A stretch of DNA of 64,000 nucleotides from the human T2T-CHM13v2.0 reference genome, Homo sapiens, in assembly GCF_009914755.1 (NCBI RefSeq), contig NC_060933.1. One strand, given 5' to 3'. A program made the position numbers and the translations under genes. Under the pieces are notes generated by a model that did not search any database, was not told the origin of the DNA, and saw nothing but the letters and a program-made list of their open reading frames with translations. Positions within the stretch are counted from its first letter, which is position 1, and each line of letters begins with the position of its first letter. This document shows positions 1-18,285 of this stretch, piece after piece.

Positions 1-234
1 CCCAGGAGCTGCTACCTTGTAGAGTCCAGTCATCCACTTGATGAGGATGGTGTTCATTTTCCTTATCACCCTCTCCCTCAATTTTTATCTGAGAGATGGA
101 ATTATGAGTTACAGGAGGAAGGAGTAAGAGGCACATCAAAGCCTTTTTGTGTGGCTTTGAATAAGCGGCCTTATTGGTTTGGGGTTGTTAGCTTTGGGTG
201 TGCTATTTTCATCATGAAGCACCTGGGGTTTGTT

Positions 235-370
235 TTTTTCTAAAAGATGTAGATAAACTAGAGAGAATCCAGGGGAAGGGCAACAAAAATGATGTATGAC
301 TTGGAGAGAAGGAGAATAACAGTCTATAAATATTTGAAAGGTAATATAAAAGAGGGAGAGAGATTATTTA
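235..370 (+). mobile_element. L3/CR1 LINE fragment (ORF2 C-terminal region)
   Basis: aaagatgtagataaactagagagaatccag...gcaacaaaaatg reads KDVDKLERIQ..ATKM, typical of CR1 ORF2. Confidence 0.6.
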
Positions 371-689
371 CAGCAGTGGAGAGGAGTTTGACAGGGAACA
401 AAAGCATGCATCTAGGAGCAGGGGGAAATTGGGTAGGACTGAAAAAAAACAAAGCATAATAAGGGTGATTAAGCAAAGAAATGTAATTCTCACATTAGTT
501 TGTGTTTCCAGGATGCAGGATGGTAGGAGGAAGAAGTGACGTTTGTCAAACTGAAGATCCACACACGACTATGAATCACGTTTTCCTAATTCCTCTCTGT
601 GAAGCCAGGAGAGCGGGCAGTGCTTTATTCTGTGCCTCCTAAGCATGCAGTCGGTTTAATTCTCAACTCTTTGGCATTATGTTTTCATA

Positions 690-960
690 GGTGGTAGTAA
701 TAATTATAACCCGAGTAGCTCTCATTTACCGAGTGTCTGCCTTGTGGCAGGTGTTGTCTTAGCTGCTTTGTTATTTATATTTTCATTTAATCTTTACGGC
801 AACTCTGTAAATAGGAAGTATGTTTTTCCAATTATAGGGAAATTGAGGTTTAGTAACTTCCACAAGATGGCATGTGTATTAAGTGGTGGAGGTGGAACTC
901 AAACCCGGGTCTGTGACCCACAGCCCATGCTCATGCCCTACATCGGGCTCCATTACTCTG
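690..960 (-). mobile_element. MIR
   Basis: catttaatctttacggcaactctgtaaatagg...gggaaattgaggtttagtaacttccacaag MIR core. Confidence 0.7.
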
Positions 961-1235
961 TCATTGTGGTCATGAGAGTAGTAACTGGGACCCAGTAGGT
1001 GGCCAGGTGGTTTGTATCTTGGTACAAGGGTAAGTAAAATAGTTGATGTCCAAGGCTCCCTTTGCTTTCTTTTTCTCTTATTTTCCTTTCTTGAGATATA
1101 TTTTCTCTGTAAGTGCTGTGTTATTAACATACTACATTTTATCATTCTGTAAATTAAGTTATACTATATGCTTTTAGTCATCTTTGTGGTTATATAGTGA
1201 TATGTACAATCTCACTTAGGAAATCAACAATTGTT

Positions 1236-1525
1236 GTTTTTTATTTTGAGACAGGGTCTCTATCGCCCAGGCTGGAGTGCAGTCGTGTGATCACAGCTCA
1301 CTGCAGCCTTGACTTCCTGGGCTCAAGCAGTCCTCCCACCTCAGCCTCCTGATTAGCTGGGACTACAGGCGCAAGCCACCATGCCCGGCTAAGTTTTGTA
1401 TTTTTTTGTAGAGATGGGGTTTTACCATGTTGCCCAGGGTGGTCTCAAACTCCTAAGCTCAAGCGATCTGCCTGTTTCTGCCTCCCAGAGTGCTGGGATT
1501 ACAGGCCTGACCACTGCACCTGGCC
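1236..1525 (-). mobile_element. AluJ
   Basis: Dimeric Alu with J-type diagnostics (ctcactgcagccttgacttcctgggctcaagc). Confidence 0.9.
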
Positions 1526-1975
1526 TGAAAGAAAGTATTTTACAAGGCAAGCATTATCCTGGATCTTACAGGGGATCTCTTAGCTGTATTCTATATTTGC
1601 CTCAGCTTTCTGTCTCTGATATTTGATAATATCCGGTGTATTGATGATTGCTTTAAAAAAACAAAATTCACAGAATTCTTCACTACTTAGAATAAAAGTG
1701 AAGAGCTGTGTGTCTGGGTTTTTCATGTCATTGCAAGAAGTTACCAAACCTGGAATCAAAAGGCCTGGGTTTCAATCGCAGTTCCAGCTATGTTTCTTTG
1801 TGTGCTGGGCACCTTTCTAAGCACAGCTAGCTCCTCTGTCTTGGGCCATTGTACCTCCTGGTCTTCAACCTTACAAGGTTATCGTAGGTAGCGTTTGAAA
1901 GAATATACATAAAATGTTGTTTATGAATTGCAGAGTATACTTAAATGAAAAATGTTAAGTTTAAAAGTTAGCATC

Positions 1976-2283
1976 GGCTGGGCACGTTGGCTCATGCCTA
2001 TAATCCCAGCACTTTGGAAGGCCAAGGCAGGTAGATGGCTTGAGCCCAGGAGTTTGAGATCAGCCTGGGCAACATGGTGAAGCCCCATTCCTACAAAAAA
2101 TAAAAAAATTAGCTGGGTATGGTGGCACACACCTGTGGTCTCAGCTACTTGGGAGATGCAGGTGGGAGGATCACCTGAGCCTGGGGAGGTTGAGGCTGGA
2201 GTGAACCATGATCGTGCCACCTCACTCCAGCCTGGGTGACAGAGTGAGACACTATCTGAAAAAATAATAATAATAAAAATAAA
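1976..2283 (+). mobile_element. AluJ
   Basis: Full Alu, TSD aaaagttagcatc. Confidence 0.9.
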
Positions 2284-3364
2284 AGTTAGCATCCTTTATA
2301 TTAGCAGCTTTTTTCTTAGTGCAGCTTCTCTTGGTAAAACTCTGATATAGTTTAGGGATGGTTGAGGCTTCTGAGGAAGTTGACATCCAAAGGACCTTGT
2401 TAGATTTTTATCCGGGGGCGGAACAGAAAGTACTAAGTGAATTTCAAGGATATTCTACTAAGGCCACAGCTTTTGCCTCTTCCTCCCCTTTCCCTATGGT
2501 GACATGCAATGGAGACCATGCCAGATCTTAAAGGTGGATGGCATAGAAATCAAAATGTGGCTCAAGGCATTGGCATGTTCATCTACACTTGCATTGTGAA
2601 TACAAAGGTGTACTCATCTGCACCTTTCCATTTGCCAGTTCTCCTAGCTGTTCTCCGTAGGAATTACCTTCCCTTTGGAATTGTGTACCTTTTAAAATTC
2701 AGAACTTTTTGAATTTCCGTCTCCGGGTCATTGCTCCTAGTTGTTGTCTCTAGTGAATTCTTCTCTAAAGTATCCCTAGATTACTTTTACTGTAAACTGT
2801 AATGATTTGACTCTGGCCATATTTCTCCCAAGGTCTCCTATCTCGGTTACTTGTAAGGCTACTCCTCCCCTCTCTTGTTCTCTTTGATCTTTTATAATTG
2901 GCTTAAAGCTCTCTATATTTAATCTGCAGTGACTTTGTTTCTCCTCCCTATTTTGGCTTTTTCAATCCCTGAGAATTTAATAATCTGTTTCTCATTATTT
3001 TCTATTTTTTCTTAAGGTGTCGCATTCTCTGTCGCACAGTTAATAGTCTTTTCTCCTCTTCTCCCCATTTGGTTTATATTAGCTATTAATGCAAGTCTGC
3101 ATTGTGTCTCTATTTTGGCTTGTAATAAAGTCCTGTGTATTCTGTGGAGTTGGTGGGCGTCCTAGTTACAGACTTGGCTGAACCTGAAGACCCCTGCACG
3201 TGTATATGGTAATGTTGTAAAAATACGGCCCTGGAGATAAACAGTTGAGCACCCAGTTTGTATTGAACGAATAAATTTCTTAAGTTTTTGAGAGCTTTCT
3301 CTTAGAAGTTGACCTTTTGGGGGCAAATTACTGTGACTATTCAACATGTAAGAAAGAATAGCTT

Positions 3365-3754
<390 letters not shown>

Positions 3755-3957
3755 TCACTAAGCTTAGCTCTTCAGCTGTGAAATCCTTTTAGCCACAGCA
3801 TTGTAGTCTCTTCTCAGAAGGTTAAGCTTTCTGATACTTTTTTAGTCTGTCACTTTTCTGGTCTCTGTTGGGTCCAAGAAAGAACCCCTGGTGAGTCTAA
3901 AGGCTTTGCTTATTTTGTTCTTTAAGCTTAGGTTCCCATATTTCTCATTTTCTTGAC

Positions 3958-5027
<1,070 letters not shown>

Positions 5028-5267
5028 GGCCTAGTCTTTGAACTCTTAAAGCTGCATTTCTTTTGGAAGATGGCCCAGCATTTTTGTCTGATTCTTCAAG
5101 GAGTCTGTGACCTAAAAAGTATTAAGAACCACTGCTTTGAGTTTAAAACGATGGCCCTTTTCCAACAACTACCATTTCTTGTTATATTTTCTTCATCTCT
5201 CTATATACCTATTTACATTTTTCTATTGATTTCTGAGTAAATAGGAAGCAGACTTTATATTATTTGA

Positions 5268-6560
<1,293 letters not shown>

Positions 6561-6565
6561 AGCAT

Positions 6566-6873
<308 letters not shown>

Positions 6874-6999
6874 TCTATAGACATTTAATGTTCTTAGGTT
6901 ATCGCTAGGTCTTGTGAATGAGTGAAATAAAGGAAGGGAAACCCTTTAGCTAGGCAGTGGCAAAGGTGAGGTGAAAGGCAGTGGAAAGGTGTTTTAATA

Positions 7000-7482
7000 A
7001 CTGGGGGAATGGCCTTCTAATACCTTTTAAGTATTGTATTGTCCATTTGGAGAGACTAAGGCTAAAGATGACCTGCAGGGAGAGAACAGACAATGCATAG
7101 ATTTGGAAGTGAGAAAAAGAAAAGAAGAGAAAAAGTTCACCTTCTAGTACTCCCCCCAAAATTCAATTAGTAGGGGAAAAGAAATATAGGAAGTGGGCAT
7201 ATTTAACTTGGAAGTGGAAAGTACCTAAAAGCTCTCAAGGAAATAAATTATTCCTACAGAGTATGGTGACCATGTATTTTGTATTTCTCTTAAGATTAAA
7301 CGAGGAAACAAATTTAAAATGTAGTCCTTTTGGTAAGTGAGATTTTAGCATTGGCATGGTGCTCTCTCAGCTTTGAATAGGGGATAGAATCTCTTTTCTC
7401 CTCATGTGTATGATTCTCTTTGAAGGTAATGAATGAGTCAACAATACCTCTTGAAATTTTTTCCCAGTCTTGAGATTCTATT
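7000..7482 (+). mobile_element. L3/CR1 3' fragment
   Basis: Ends ttcccagtcttgagattctatt, resembling the L3/MIR3 tail; highly diverged. Confidence 0.4.
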
Positions 7483-8056
7483 AAATCATTTTGTTTTGTT
7501 TTTTGAGATGGTGTAAGTTTTGATTCATGGATCAGAATATCAGGATCATTTGAATAGTTCTCAGAAAAATCATAGCGCCTTCATCTAATATTTATACAGT
7601 TGAGATATAGATTGGGTCCCTTTTTGTATCTAGATCTAGTTCTTGCTTTGTTTCCCCTTCATTGTCATTTTCAGCCCTTTATTTGTTTCTGAACTTGTAT
7701 ATAAGTTTATTTTACACAATCTTAATATATACAGCAAATGTGTATGAGGCACACACAAGCCTTAAATACATGTCTGTGCATGCTATGTTAGATATTCTTG
7801 TTAATGATGGCAACTGCCATAAACTCCCTGCTCCTAGTTAGAAAAAGGGCCATGATGCCTGAAAGGAATTTGGAACAAAGCAGTACCCCTTTCTTCAAAT
7901 CTTGATGCCTTAATTTCTTGAGTGAAATTTAGGTATGCATCCTCTCTGTGGACACAAAAGGAACTTCCTTCTTGGCTGTCTTGGCCTTCCTTCCTCTCTT
8001 CTTGGGACTTGTCATAACCCTGTATTAAAAACAATAACAACAACAAGAAGTTAATC

Positions 8057-8363
8057 TTTTTTTTTTTTTTTTTTTTTTTGAGATGGAGTCTCGCTCTGTC
8101 ACCCCAGCTGGAGTGCAGTGGCGCTATCTCACTTCACTGCAAGCTCCACCTCCCGGGTTCATGCCATTCTCTTGCCTCAGCCTCTTGAGTAGCTGGGACT
8201 ACGGGTGCCCGCCACCACGCCCGGCAAATTTTTTGTATTTTTTTTAGTAGAGACGGGGTTTCACCATGTTAGCCAGGATGGTCTGAATCTCTTGACCTTG
8301 TGATCCACCCACCTCAGCCTCCCAAAGTGCTGGGATTACAGGCGTGAGCCACCGCGCCCGGCC
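8057..8363 (-). mobile_element. AluY
   Basis: Y diagnostics; TSD ttaatctt. Confidence 0.9.
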
Positions 8364-9005
8364 AACACTTAATCTTAAAACCTGTATGTTTGTAGGAGTA
8401 TGTGCTTGTCGTTCTGATAGTGGCCCTTCCCTCATTGTAAATTTTAAAAAACATGTCTTTATTCTCTTACTCTTAAAACCAGTATTGTTTCCGTGGTGGA
8501 ATAAACCTTGAGAATTGTGGGTGAGGCTAGTGGTTGACGCAGTTACAGATGATACCAGGTGCTGCCCACAGACTTTGCAAACTCACTTTCCACAGATAGG
8601 GCTCCCAGACCTGGGCCTGACAGCTTTAGAGTCTTTGTCCTTCTCTGACACAGGCCGGACCCTCCCCACAGAGATTTTCCTAGGTTCTGCATCTATTTTG
8701 ATTACTGTCACATAGTTTTTGATACTTGAGAGGTATCAAGACCTTGTGAGGTAAAATTTCAGAAAGCATGTTAGGTTTCTGGTGATCCAGATGTACAAAT
8801 TCTGTACAATGAAGATCACCAAATGAGGAAAATGAAAATATATGGATGATGGTGTGACTATAGTTGTGGGCCAGTTAGATAGCTTCTGTCATGCTGTTTG
8901 TGTCTTGGTTGCCATAGAGACATTTTAGCTAACAAGCCCAGCATGGCTCTTTGTAGTCATTTCTTTCAGTTCAGATTTGATTTTCTTTTCAGGTAAGATT
9001 TTGAG

Positions 9006-9088
9006 ACACGTGCATGTGTGTGTATGTATGTATGTATGTGTACGTATGTGTGTGTGCATATATAGTGTATGTACACACACATATATAT
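9006..9088. repeat. Compound (TG)/(TATG)/(CA) alternating purine-pyrimidine repeat
   Basis: Seen directly. Confidence 0.85.
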
Positions 9089-9783
9089 TTACGCTCATAT
9101 CCCAAGTTACCAGAGCCTTCAGGGCTTTTGAACTGCTGGAAAATAGCTGCGTCCGGTGTTTAAAAGCCAGAAGCCCCTGTCTCTGGCCAAAAAGAGGTGC
9201 TACATGTGATTGGCAGAGCTGTGTCACCTGCCTGGCTGGGAACTCGAGTTCCCGCCCCTACACTGGGGATGCTGGAGTTGACACAGTATGGCATGCTTTG
9301 CTGCACCCTTTTATCCCTGTGGTTAGTGGTAGATTTGGTGGAGCAGTTAGCCCTAGGGACACAATTGAGAGCTGGGTGACAGGTCTTCTTACCTGGTTCC
9401 GAGTAGCTTGTGTATATCCTTTGAGAACAGCACAACATAGTTAGGTTAGCAGCAGCTGGCAGTGAGGCTGCAGTTTCCAAGTACAGAGCTGAACAAGAAG
9501 CCAGAATTTAGAGGGAGCTGCTTCCAGGATAAGGTAGAAGAGCCACAAGTCAGGGGCTTTGGGCCAGTGGGAAGTGACCTGGGGCCAAATCATGACTCTC
9601 AGCCACTGCCTTACCTGACATTCCCTGCTGAAAAGGGGAAAAGGCCTAGACCATCACAGTCTGTCTTTGGAGCTTAAGAACTTGACCTCTTTGCTTGACA
9701 CACTCCCATGTGAGTGATTAAAGTTAGTAGTCATTTATATTCTTTTCCAGGAAACTGCTAGGTTGACTCCTCGTCAATAGGCT

Positions 9784-10083
9784 TTTTTTTTTTTTAATCT
9801 ATTGAGACAGAGTCTTGCCCTATCATCCAGTCTGGAGTGCAGTGGTGAAATCATAGCTGACTACAACCCCCACCTCCTGAGCTCAAGTGATCCTTCCCCA
9901 CTCAGCCTCCTGAGTAGCTGGGTCTATAGGCTCGTGCCACTATGCCCAGCTATTTTAAAATGTTTTGTAGAGATGGGGTCTCGCCATGTTGCTCAGGTTG
10001 GTCTGGAACTTCTGACCTCAAGCAATCCTCCCGCCTTGGCCTCTTGAAGTGCTGAGATTACAGGCATGACCGCTGTGCCCAGG
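9784..10083 (-). mobile_element. AluJ
   Basis: Diverged full Alu. Confidence 0.85.
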
Positions 10084-10168
10084 TAACAGGTGTCTGAGAA
10101 TGTCTATCAGCCAGACTCCACGGCTCCCTTTTCCCCTTCTGACACGGCATGGTAGACAAGTGTGAGGT

Positions 10169-10290
10169 CTCAGAAGAGGCTGCCTCAGCCATGGTCCCAC
10201 TTCCAGTTACATGTGTGTCCTCAGACTTGCTCAGAAGAGGCTGCCTCAGCCATGGTCCCACTTCCAGTTACATGTGTGTCCTCAGACTTG
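10169..10290. repeat. Perfect 61-bp tandem duplication
   Basis: ctcagaagaggctgcc...gtcctcagacttg x2. Confidence 0.97.
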
Positions 10291-12973
10291 CCACTTGAAC
10301 CTCTCTGGGTGTAGAAACAAGGGATGAAATTACCTCCAAGGACTTCTCTGTGGTCACATTCTGTGAAAGGCTATTGGATTTAATTCTCTGTGGTTCACCT
10401 TCCCTGACTTTGGTAAAAATGATGGTTGAAAGAATGGATGAATTTTTATTTGTAGAATCACCTTCTTTTAATGTCAAAGAAGCTTTATTCCAAAGGAATA
10501 AAAAAATTGAGTGGTCTCGTTCCCAGGATATACATATACTCTGCTGAACAGGTTTTGAACCGTGTAATACCTTAGAGGTATGTCTCACCCCCCTGGAGGG
10601 TGCAGTAAGGGTTCTGAAGGAGGCGATGGTAGAGGAGACAAAGAAATGCCAGCAAGTGGCTAAGCATTTGGTGGGCACATGTATGGCCAGCAACCCTGTT
10701 TGCACCTTTTCTTTCCCTGCTATTTATGTTGAAAAGCAAGCTAAATGTAAAGCTGCACTTTTTGATGTAGCACTAGATGTCAATTCTAGCATTAATATTT
10801 TGAATCCATAGGGAATCTGCACATCTCATTTCAGTCACTAATTTGAACAGAACTCCTCCTCCCATTCCAAAAAAAGAAGCTAAATATGGAATTGTATATA
10901 TTGAATTTAAGATGTAAAGTTTCTCTGTGTCTCTGTTCACTTTCCCAGTAGCAGTCTTTAAAAAGCACGATACAATTAAACAGCAGAATCAAAGCAAAGG
11001 GAGTATAAAGGGCTCCAGATAATTCCCAGTTTGGGTTATCAGCTCCCACACAATGGAGAGTTGATTATTTTTCCTTTATTTTAGGGAAGGTAAAAGTCCA
11101 TGGAGGTGAGAAAAGTACCCCTGGAAGAGATCTGAAATATTCCTGATTCTGGATAAGTGTGCCTGTACAATGACCCATGGTTGGCTTTGGAATATACCAT
11201 TAAAGTACTGGAGGTCAGAAAAGCTTCCTTCACAAATTTGGTTAGGTGGAGCAGGTTGCTAAAACATCCAGCAACCCTGGAGGTCATAGACCACGCTAGG
11301 AGAAATAATTATGCATGGTAATGGGCAATTACAGATAATGGCCTTCCGGGGGTGGCAGAAAATACACAGCCCCACAGCCTTGCCTGGAATGAACATTGAA
11401 TAGCACATTAACTTTATAGCAAGCTAAAAGTTCAGCCCTGGAACTGCAGCTGCTGCCCCCCCCCCCCCCAATAAAAATGTCTGCCTGTCTTAAGGTAATC
11501 ACAGGAGTGGCTGCACTTCTCAAAAGCAGAGTCGAATAAAGGAGGAGATGGGACTGTGGGAGACAGACTTTGGAAAAGGGAAGGAATGGTGCACTCTACT
11601 CCACTGGGTTGCATTTGCCTCACTAAGTAGAGGTGGTGGCTTGCAGGAGGTGCACAGTAAGCAGTTGTTGCTTTCCTGGCGCCAGGTTTGTGTTTGACGT
11701 TTAAAATAGCCCTGTCATGATTGCCTTGTGGGAGAAACACATTGTTCCCGCATTTCCTGATTATGACTTTAGGGAGTAATATCACACCAAACGCACTCAA
11801 GGCTACTGTCTGACCTCAGAGAAGGCCAGGAGTGGAAGATTCCAAGTTCAGCTGAGCTTGGGAAGCCTGGCCAGGTGCAGCCCAGCCCTCCTGCAGTACC
11901 CTAATGATGAGGATTTGGAGCAAGGATAACTTTGTGCGGAGTTATTTGGTGGCTCTCTTGCTTGATGGCAGAAAACGTTATGGCCGTGTTGTGATTGTGA
12001 TAACAATAATAGCTAACATTTATTGAGCACTCAACACGTGGCAGAGCCTTTCTAAGTACATGTCTTCTCTCATATAATTCTCAAGTAGTAGTAGTATTTC
12101 TTTGCTACGTGCAAAGGCTGGGACATGCAAAACGTATATAACTTGCCCCATGATTGCATGGCATTAGATTTCAGATCCGATCAATTACTTTTGCTTGGGA
12201 CCAGTGCTCTCAACCTGAAGTTGTGCTGCCTGGCCATATTGTGTCATTCTTAATGCCTGTTTCATGGAAAGAAATATTTCAGACATAAGGATAAAGCCAG
12301 AGCTGCCTGGTTAGGACTTTATTGCTGTCTACTAATAACACAACCCTGAGAGCCAGCTCAGAATAAGATGCCAGGCTCTAATTCTCTCAAATCAGTCCCC
12401 CTAAAAAGACAGGGGCTGTTAAGATGGAAGTTCTCAAACTTTTTACTTGCAGAATCTCTCTACAACCTTAAAAAGTATTGAGGACCTCAAGAGCTTTTAT
12501 TTATGTGGGTTATATCTATCGATACCATACTGGAAACTAAAATTGAGAAATGAAAAAAAAATTATGCTTTTAAAATAATAAACTCATTACCTCTTAGCAT
12601 ACGTAACATACTTCAATAAAAATTACTACATTTTGCAAATTAAAAAAAAACAAGAGAGTGGCATTGTTTCACATTTTTGCAAATCTCTTTTACGTTTGGC
12701 TTAATAGGATGTAGGTGGGTTTGCATAGCTGCTGCTTCAGGTAGGCTGTTGTTCTAATGGAAATACAGGAAGAAAATTCAGCTTCACGTAGATAGTTAGA
12801 AGAGGGGTAGAAGTATTTTAATAGCCTTTTACATCATTGTCACTATTCTTTGATACTAGACCAAAACTTGACAAGTGGTAATTGCTTAAAGATTAGTTGT
12901 GATGTGGAAACCAAAACCATGCTAACGAACATTTTGTACTCTGTTTCATTAAAATCTATTCATCTGTCTCAGA

Positions 12974-13032
12974 CTTGGCTTCCAAGATCAGACTAGATCT
13001 GCTGGTGCGTTCAAGGTGGTATGGCCATAGAC
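12974..13032 (-). pseudogene. 5S rRNA pseudogene fragment (5' ~57 nt)
   Basis: Reverse complement GTCTATGGCCATACCACCTTGAACGCACCAGCAGATCTAGTCTGATCTTGGAAGCCAAG versus 5S GTCTACGGCCATACCACCCTGAACGCGCCCGATCTCGTCTGATCTCGGAAGCTAAG. Confidence 0.93.
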
Positions 13033-13458
13033 TCTCTTATACTTTGGATGGCTCTTTCATCTGTGTATGACTTTATAACATTATGCATTGGTCATTTGGG
13101 AAATACTACTTCAGTAAGTTATGTACAACTTCCAAATGTTGACACATTTTATTACAAAATACCAGAAAATCACATTCATTAATACTACTACTGATCTTGT
13201 TAGAATAATCTTCAAGTTTGGAAGCTGTCATCCACATAGTGGGGGGCCATAAATTTTCTAAAATTCTAATTTTTACTTGAAAACTCAAATTTCGGCAATA
13301 AATACTGTCAGTTGTTTTCCTTGAAGTGACAGGCTCACTTAGTTCATTTTCAAGAGAATGCCGCCAAATATCTGAGTTTCAGTAAGTGTAGTTTGTCATC
13401 AGTCACTCTTCCAGGATATGGTGTTCCTTTAAGAAAAAGCAGTGAGTGTAGCTCTTCA

Positions 13459-14092
<634 letters not shown>

Positions 14093-16012
14093 TCACCACA
14101 GCAAAAAAGGCAAATTACATCTTTATGTTATTGCAAAAATACTTCTGACCTCTTGGGCCCTCAGAAGGAAGTTGTAGGCGAGGACCTCCAACCACATTTT
14201 GACAGCTGCTGCGATAAGATGTAAGGGTGTGATTTCTTGACATCAAAGCACCAAGCTTGAATGGGTTTAAAGCAGTTCTCAACTTGCTCTGCCTGGGTCC
14301 CATTGCGGGAGGCTGTCACGCAAAGTGGTCTGGGGTGTGGCCTGATCATGGGGAATTCTATAGACCCCCCCCACCTCCTCCTCCTGTGCAGCCAGGTTTG
14401 AAAACTTCTGGTTTAGAGGCAGGTTCTAAAACATTCTTGGTAGGGAGGGGGCTCTCCAGTCCTGTACAATTGGATAAGTCACTGTTCATGACAGCCAGGA
14501 AAATTTACAAGACAAATGCCTGATTGAAAATTGGCGATAATAAATTGAACTAGGTATAATCTTGAGTTGAACGGAAGCTATGTGAAACAATATGGTGAGG
14601 TATAATTCGGTTTCTTAATTGTATACATTTATGTAGAGGTCCACTTACTCCTTCACATCACTTTCTGGGGCCTGCAGGGACAAAGACAAAACATCTATGA
14701 TCTTACTAGTAAAAGAAAGTCATAAAAGCAGGATCTGAATCCTATATCTACATGGAGCTGACCATGAGCAAACTTAAACATGTATCTTTGCTACCTTCTG
14801 TCCAGCTCCCTACATGCTCTAGAGAGAAAGACCCTGATAAATTAGGCTTCTCCATTTTAAGTTGTTTGATTACAGTTGAGAGCAGATCTTTTCTGTGGAG
14901 ACCTAAATACATGTACACAGTCAGTCAAACAAGTTCCTAATTTAAAACATCCTCAGTGTACGAAATATTTAAAAGGTTCAAGAAGGGATTCTCTGTAAGA
15001 CGGCTTTTAGAATGTAGCCTTGATGGATAGGAACTGTGTTGGGAATCATCCCTTTCTTCTTCTCCACCCCCAAACTCAAGCTTTCCCATTGGCCTGTTTG
15101 TGGCACAACCTGCTCCTCCAATCCGCTGGGAGGTGTTGATAGAGTCCCAAACTGTCTCTGGTATCTTGCCAATGGTAGGACATTCTGAATTGGCCTAAAG
15201 AGAGAAATCTCTGTCTTGGCCGTGAGACAGGCTTTCATGGCCATGAGACATTGCCTTGGAGGGTCAGAGAAATGGCATTTCCTCCAAATCTGACTCTCAT
15301 TGTAGGATTAACAGTTTTCCTCGGTGACTTGGGGGAATTCTGAGGCACAGGCAGAGGTGTGGAAGAAGGAGGAAGCTGCAGAGAGCAGGAATCAGGGCAG
15401 GGAGAGGCAGAAACCCCTGCAGGTGGAAGTGGGATCCTCCTAACTTTAGCATGCCACTGTGCGTTACATGCCAGCCTTTTCAGGCCCAATTAAGTTTCTC
15501 TGGGGGTGTGAAGGGGGATCCCAAATTGCATACCACTGTGCCAGGAGCACCCCCATTCTCCTCCTGCAGTGGACCCTGTGCTCTACCTGCTCTGCAGGCT
15601 CTTCTCTTAACCTTACTTGTGCCTCGAAGCTCTTGTTGTGTGTCTCCTCTCTTTCCTTGACTTGGAAGTCCTTTCTTACCCTTTATACATCCAGAATGTT
15701 CTCTTGCTTAAAGGTGTCTTCTGGGAAACCTTTTCCAGTCCTTTACATTCTCCTTTGCACTGTTAATCACCTGAGCTCCTCCAGGCCAGGGTTTTGCATT
15801 CTTCTCAGCCAACACTTTGGGAGTTGCTGCACACAATGGATGGGCTTTGACACTCTGGGCTTTTCAGTAGCCCCAGGGCAGCCTGTTTCAAATCAAGACC
15901 TGCTCACCTTGAAGGCCTGTGTTTGCTCAGCCTCATGTTTGTATTTTCCCGTCATCTTCCTGCTTGATTTCTTTGATCTGGTTGTGCTCAGTGGCGCCCC
16001 CGTCTCCCCTGA

Positions 16013-16393
<381 letters not shown>

Positions 16394-16727
16394 TGACGCT
16401 GCACTCCCCTTTGAACCAAGCCCGCTCCTATCTTTAAAAGCCAACTTCAGGTTCACTTTGCTATGAAAAGAGTTCACACCGAGAAAAAAAAAAGGAGCTG
16501 ACATTCCTTCACAACCAAATTACGTTAAAAAGATAAGACAAAAATCTCTTCCTGGGAGAAAGGAGAAATAGGCTCTACCACATTCCATGTCTTGTGCTAC
16601 AGGAGCGACACTAGTGAGCCAACATCAGGGGAACCTGTACTTTGAAGGTTGAGATGAATCCTCTCCCCTCAGTGAGGAGCATCCCAGTGCCATGAAATCA
16701 GTCATCATCGAATGACACAGCCTTTTA

Positions 16728-17061
<334 letters not shown>

Positions 17062-17944
17062 TGGGGAAAACAACTTACGCTTTTGCTATACCCTCGTAGC
17101 GCTCAACACAAAGTATTAGTTGGTGATGGATAGTTTTCAGACTTACTGGTGAATAATTTTGCCTGACTGGTATGTAACTCTTAAAACTCAGAAGCTAAGT
17201 AGGACAAACACCATGCAAGATATGGGGTTACAAAGAGAAAATCTGGAGTATATAAATTAATCGTTTACATGACCTCATGTGAATCACAAGTAGTTTACTG
17301 TTTGTAAATGGTAAATTTGGTTTTGTGACCTTTTTTTACTTCATGCTGGAAACTGTGATGTTTGGTTTTTTCATGGAGGTGAGTGTGGATCCAGATTTGA
17401 ACACAAAGGACTCAAAGTGCAACAACTTTGGGAATCATGACACCAGCAAAGAGGGGGGCAAGCCTTCACCCACCTTAAAATGAATTACTGGTTAACTACT
17501 ATTAATATGTCATGGGCCCAGAGACCAGCATATAACACTCCACGATCAGTAAGGGTATTTATCATGTGCAGGTATTGATCCCTCATGAAGGAGTGAATCA
17601 TATTTCACACTGCATGTTAGTGCAAAAAAAAAAAAAAAAGTAGCAGAGGGATTGTGAAGCCCTATCAAAGAACTGGATGTGCAGAAGGTAAACGGGTGTA
17701 GCCATGAACATGAGTATTAGAATAAGAGGTGACTGAGCTCATAAGCAACATCTCTGCAGATGCATCTGAGGGGAGACAGTGAGCTCTGTTATGGTCTGTG
17801 GGACAAATGCTATTGGTAATTTTTCCAGATGTGTATTTCTTGAGTTCCTGTTGCTTTTCTGAGTGGTTGGATCCAGTCCTTCTGATCTTTTGTTCTTATT
17901 GCACAAATTAGGAGTATATACCAATGGTAACACTTAAAACATCT

Positions 17945-18244
<300 letters not shown>

Positions 18245-18285
18245 CATCTAACTTCATATTTCCATTTGCATCATAACAGCAGATC

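Noticed and set aside
992-1005. CTCF-like motif CCAGTAGGTGGCCA (other partial matches near 33090, 48750, 61830)
   Set aside because: Imperfect matches at a frequency expected by chance.
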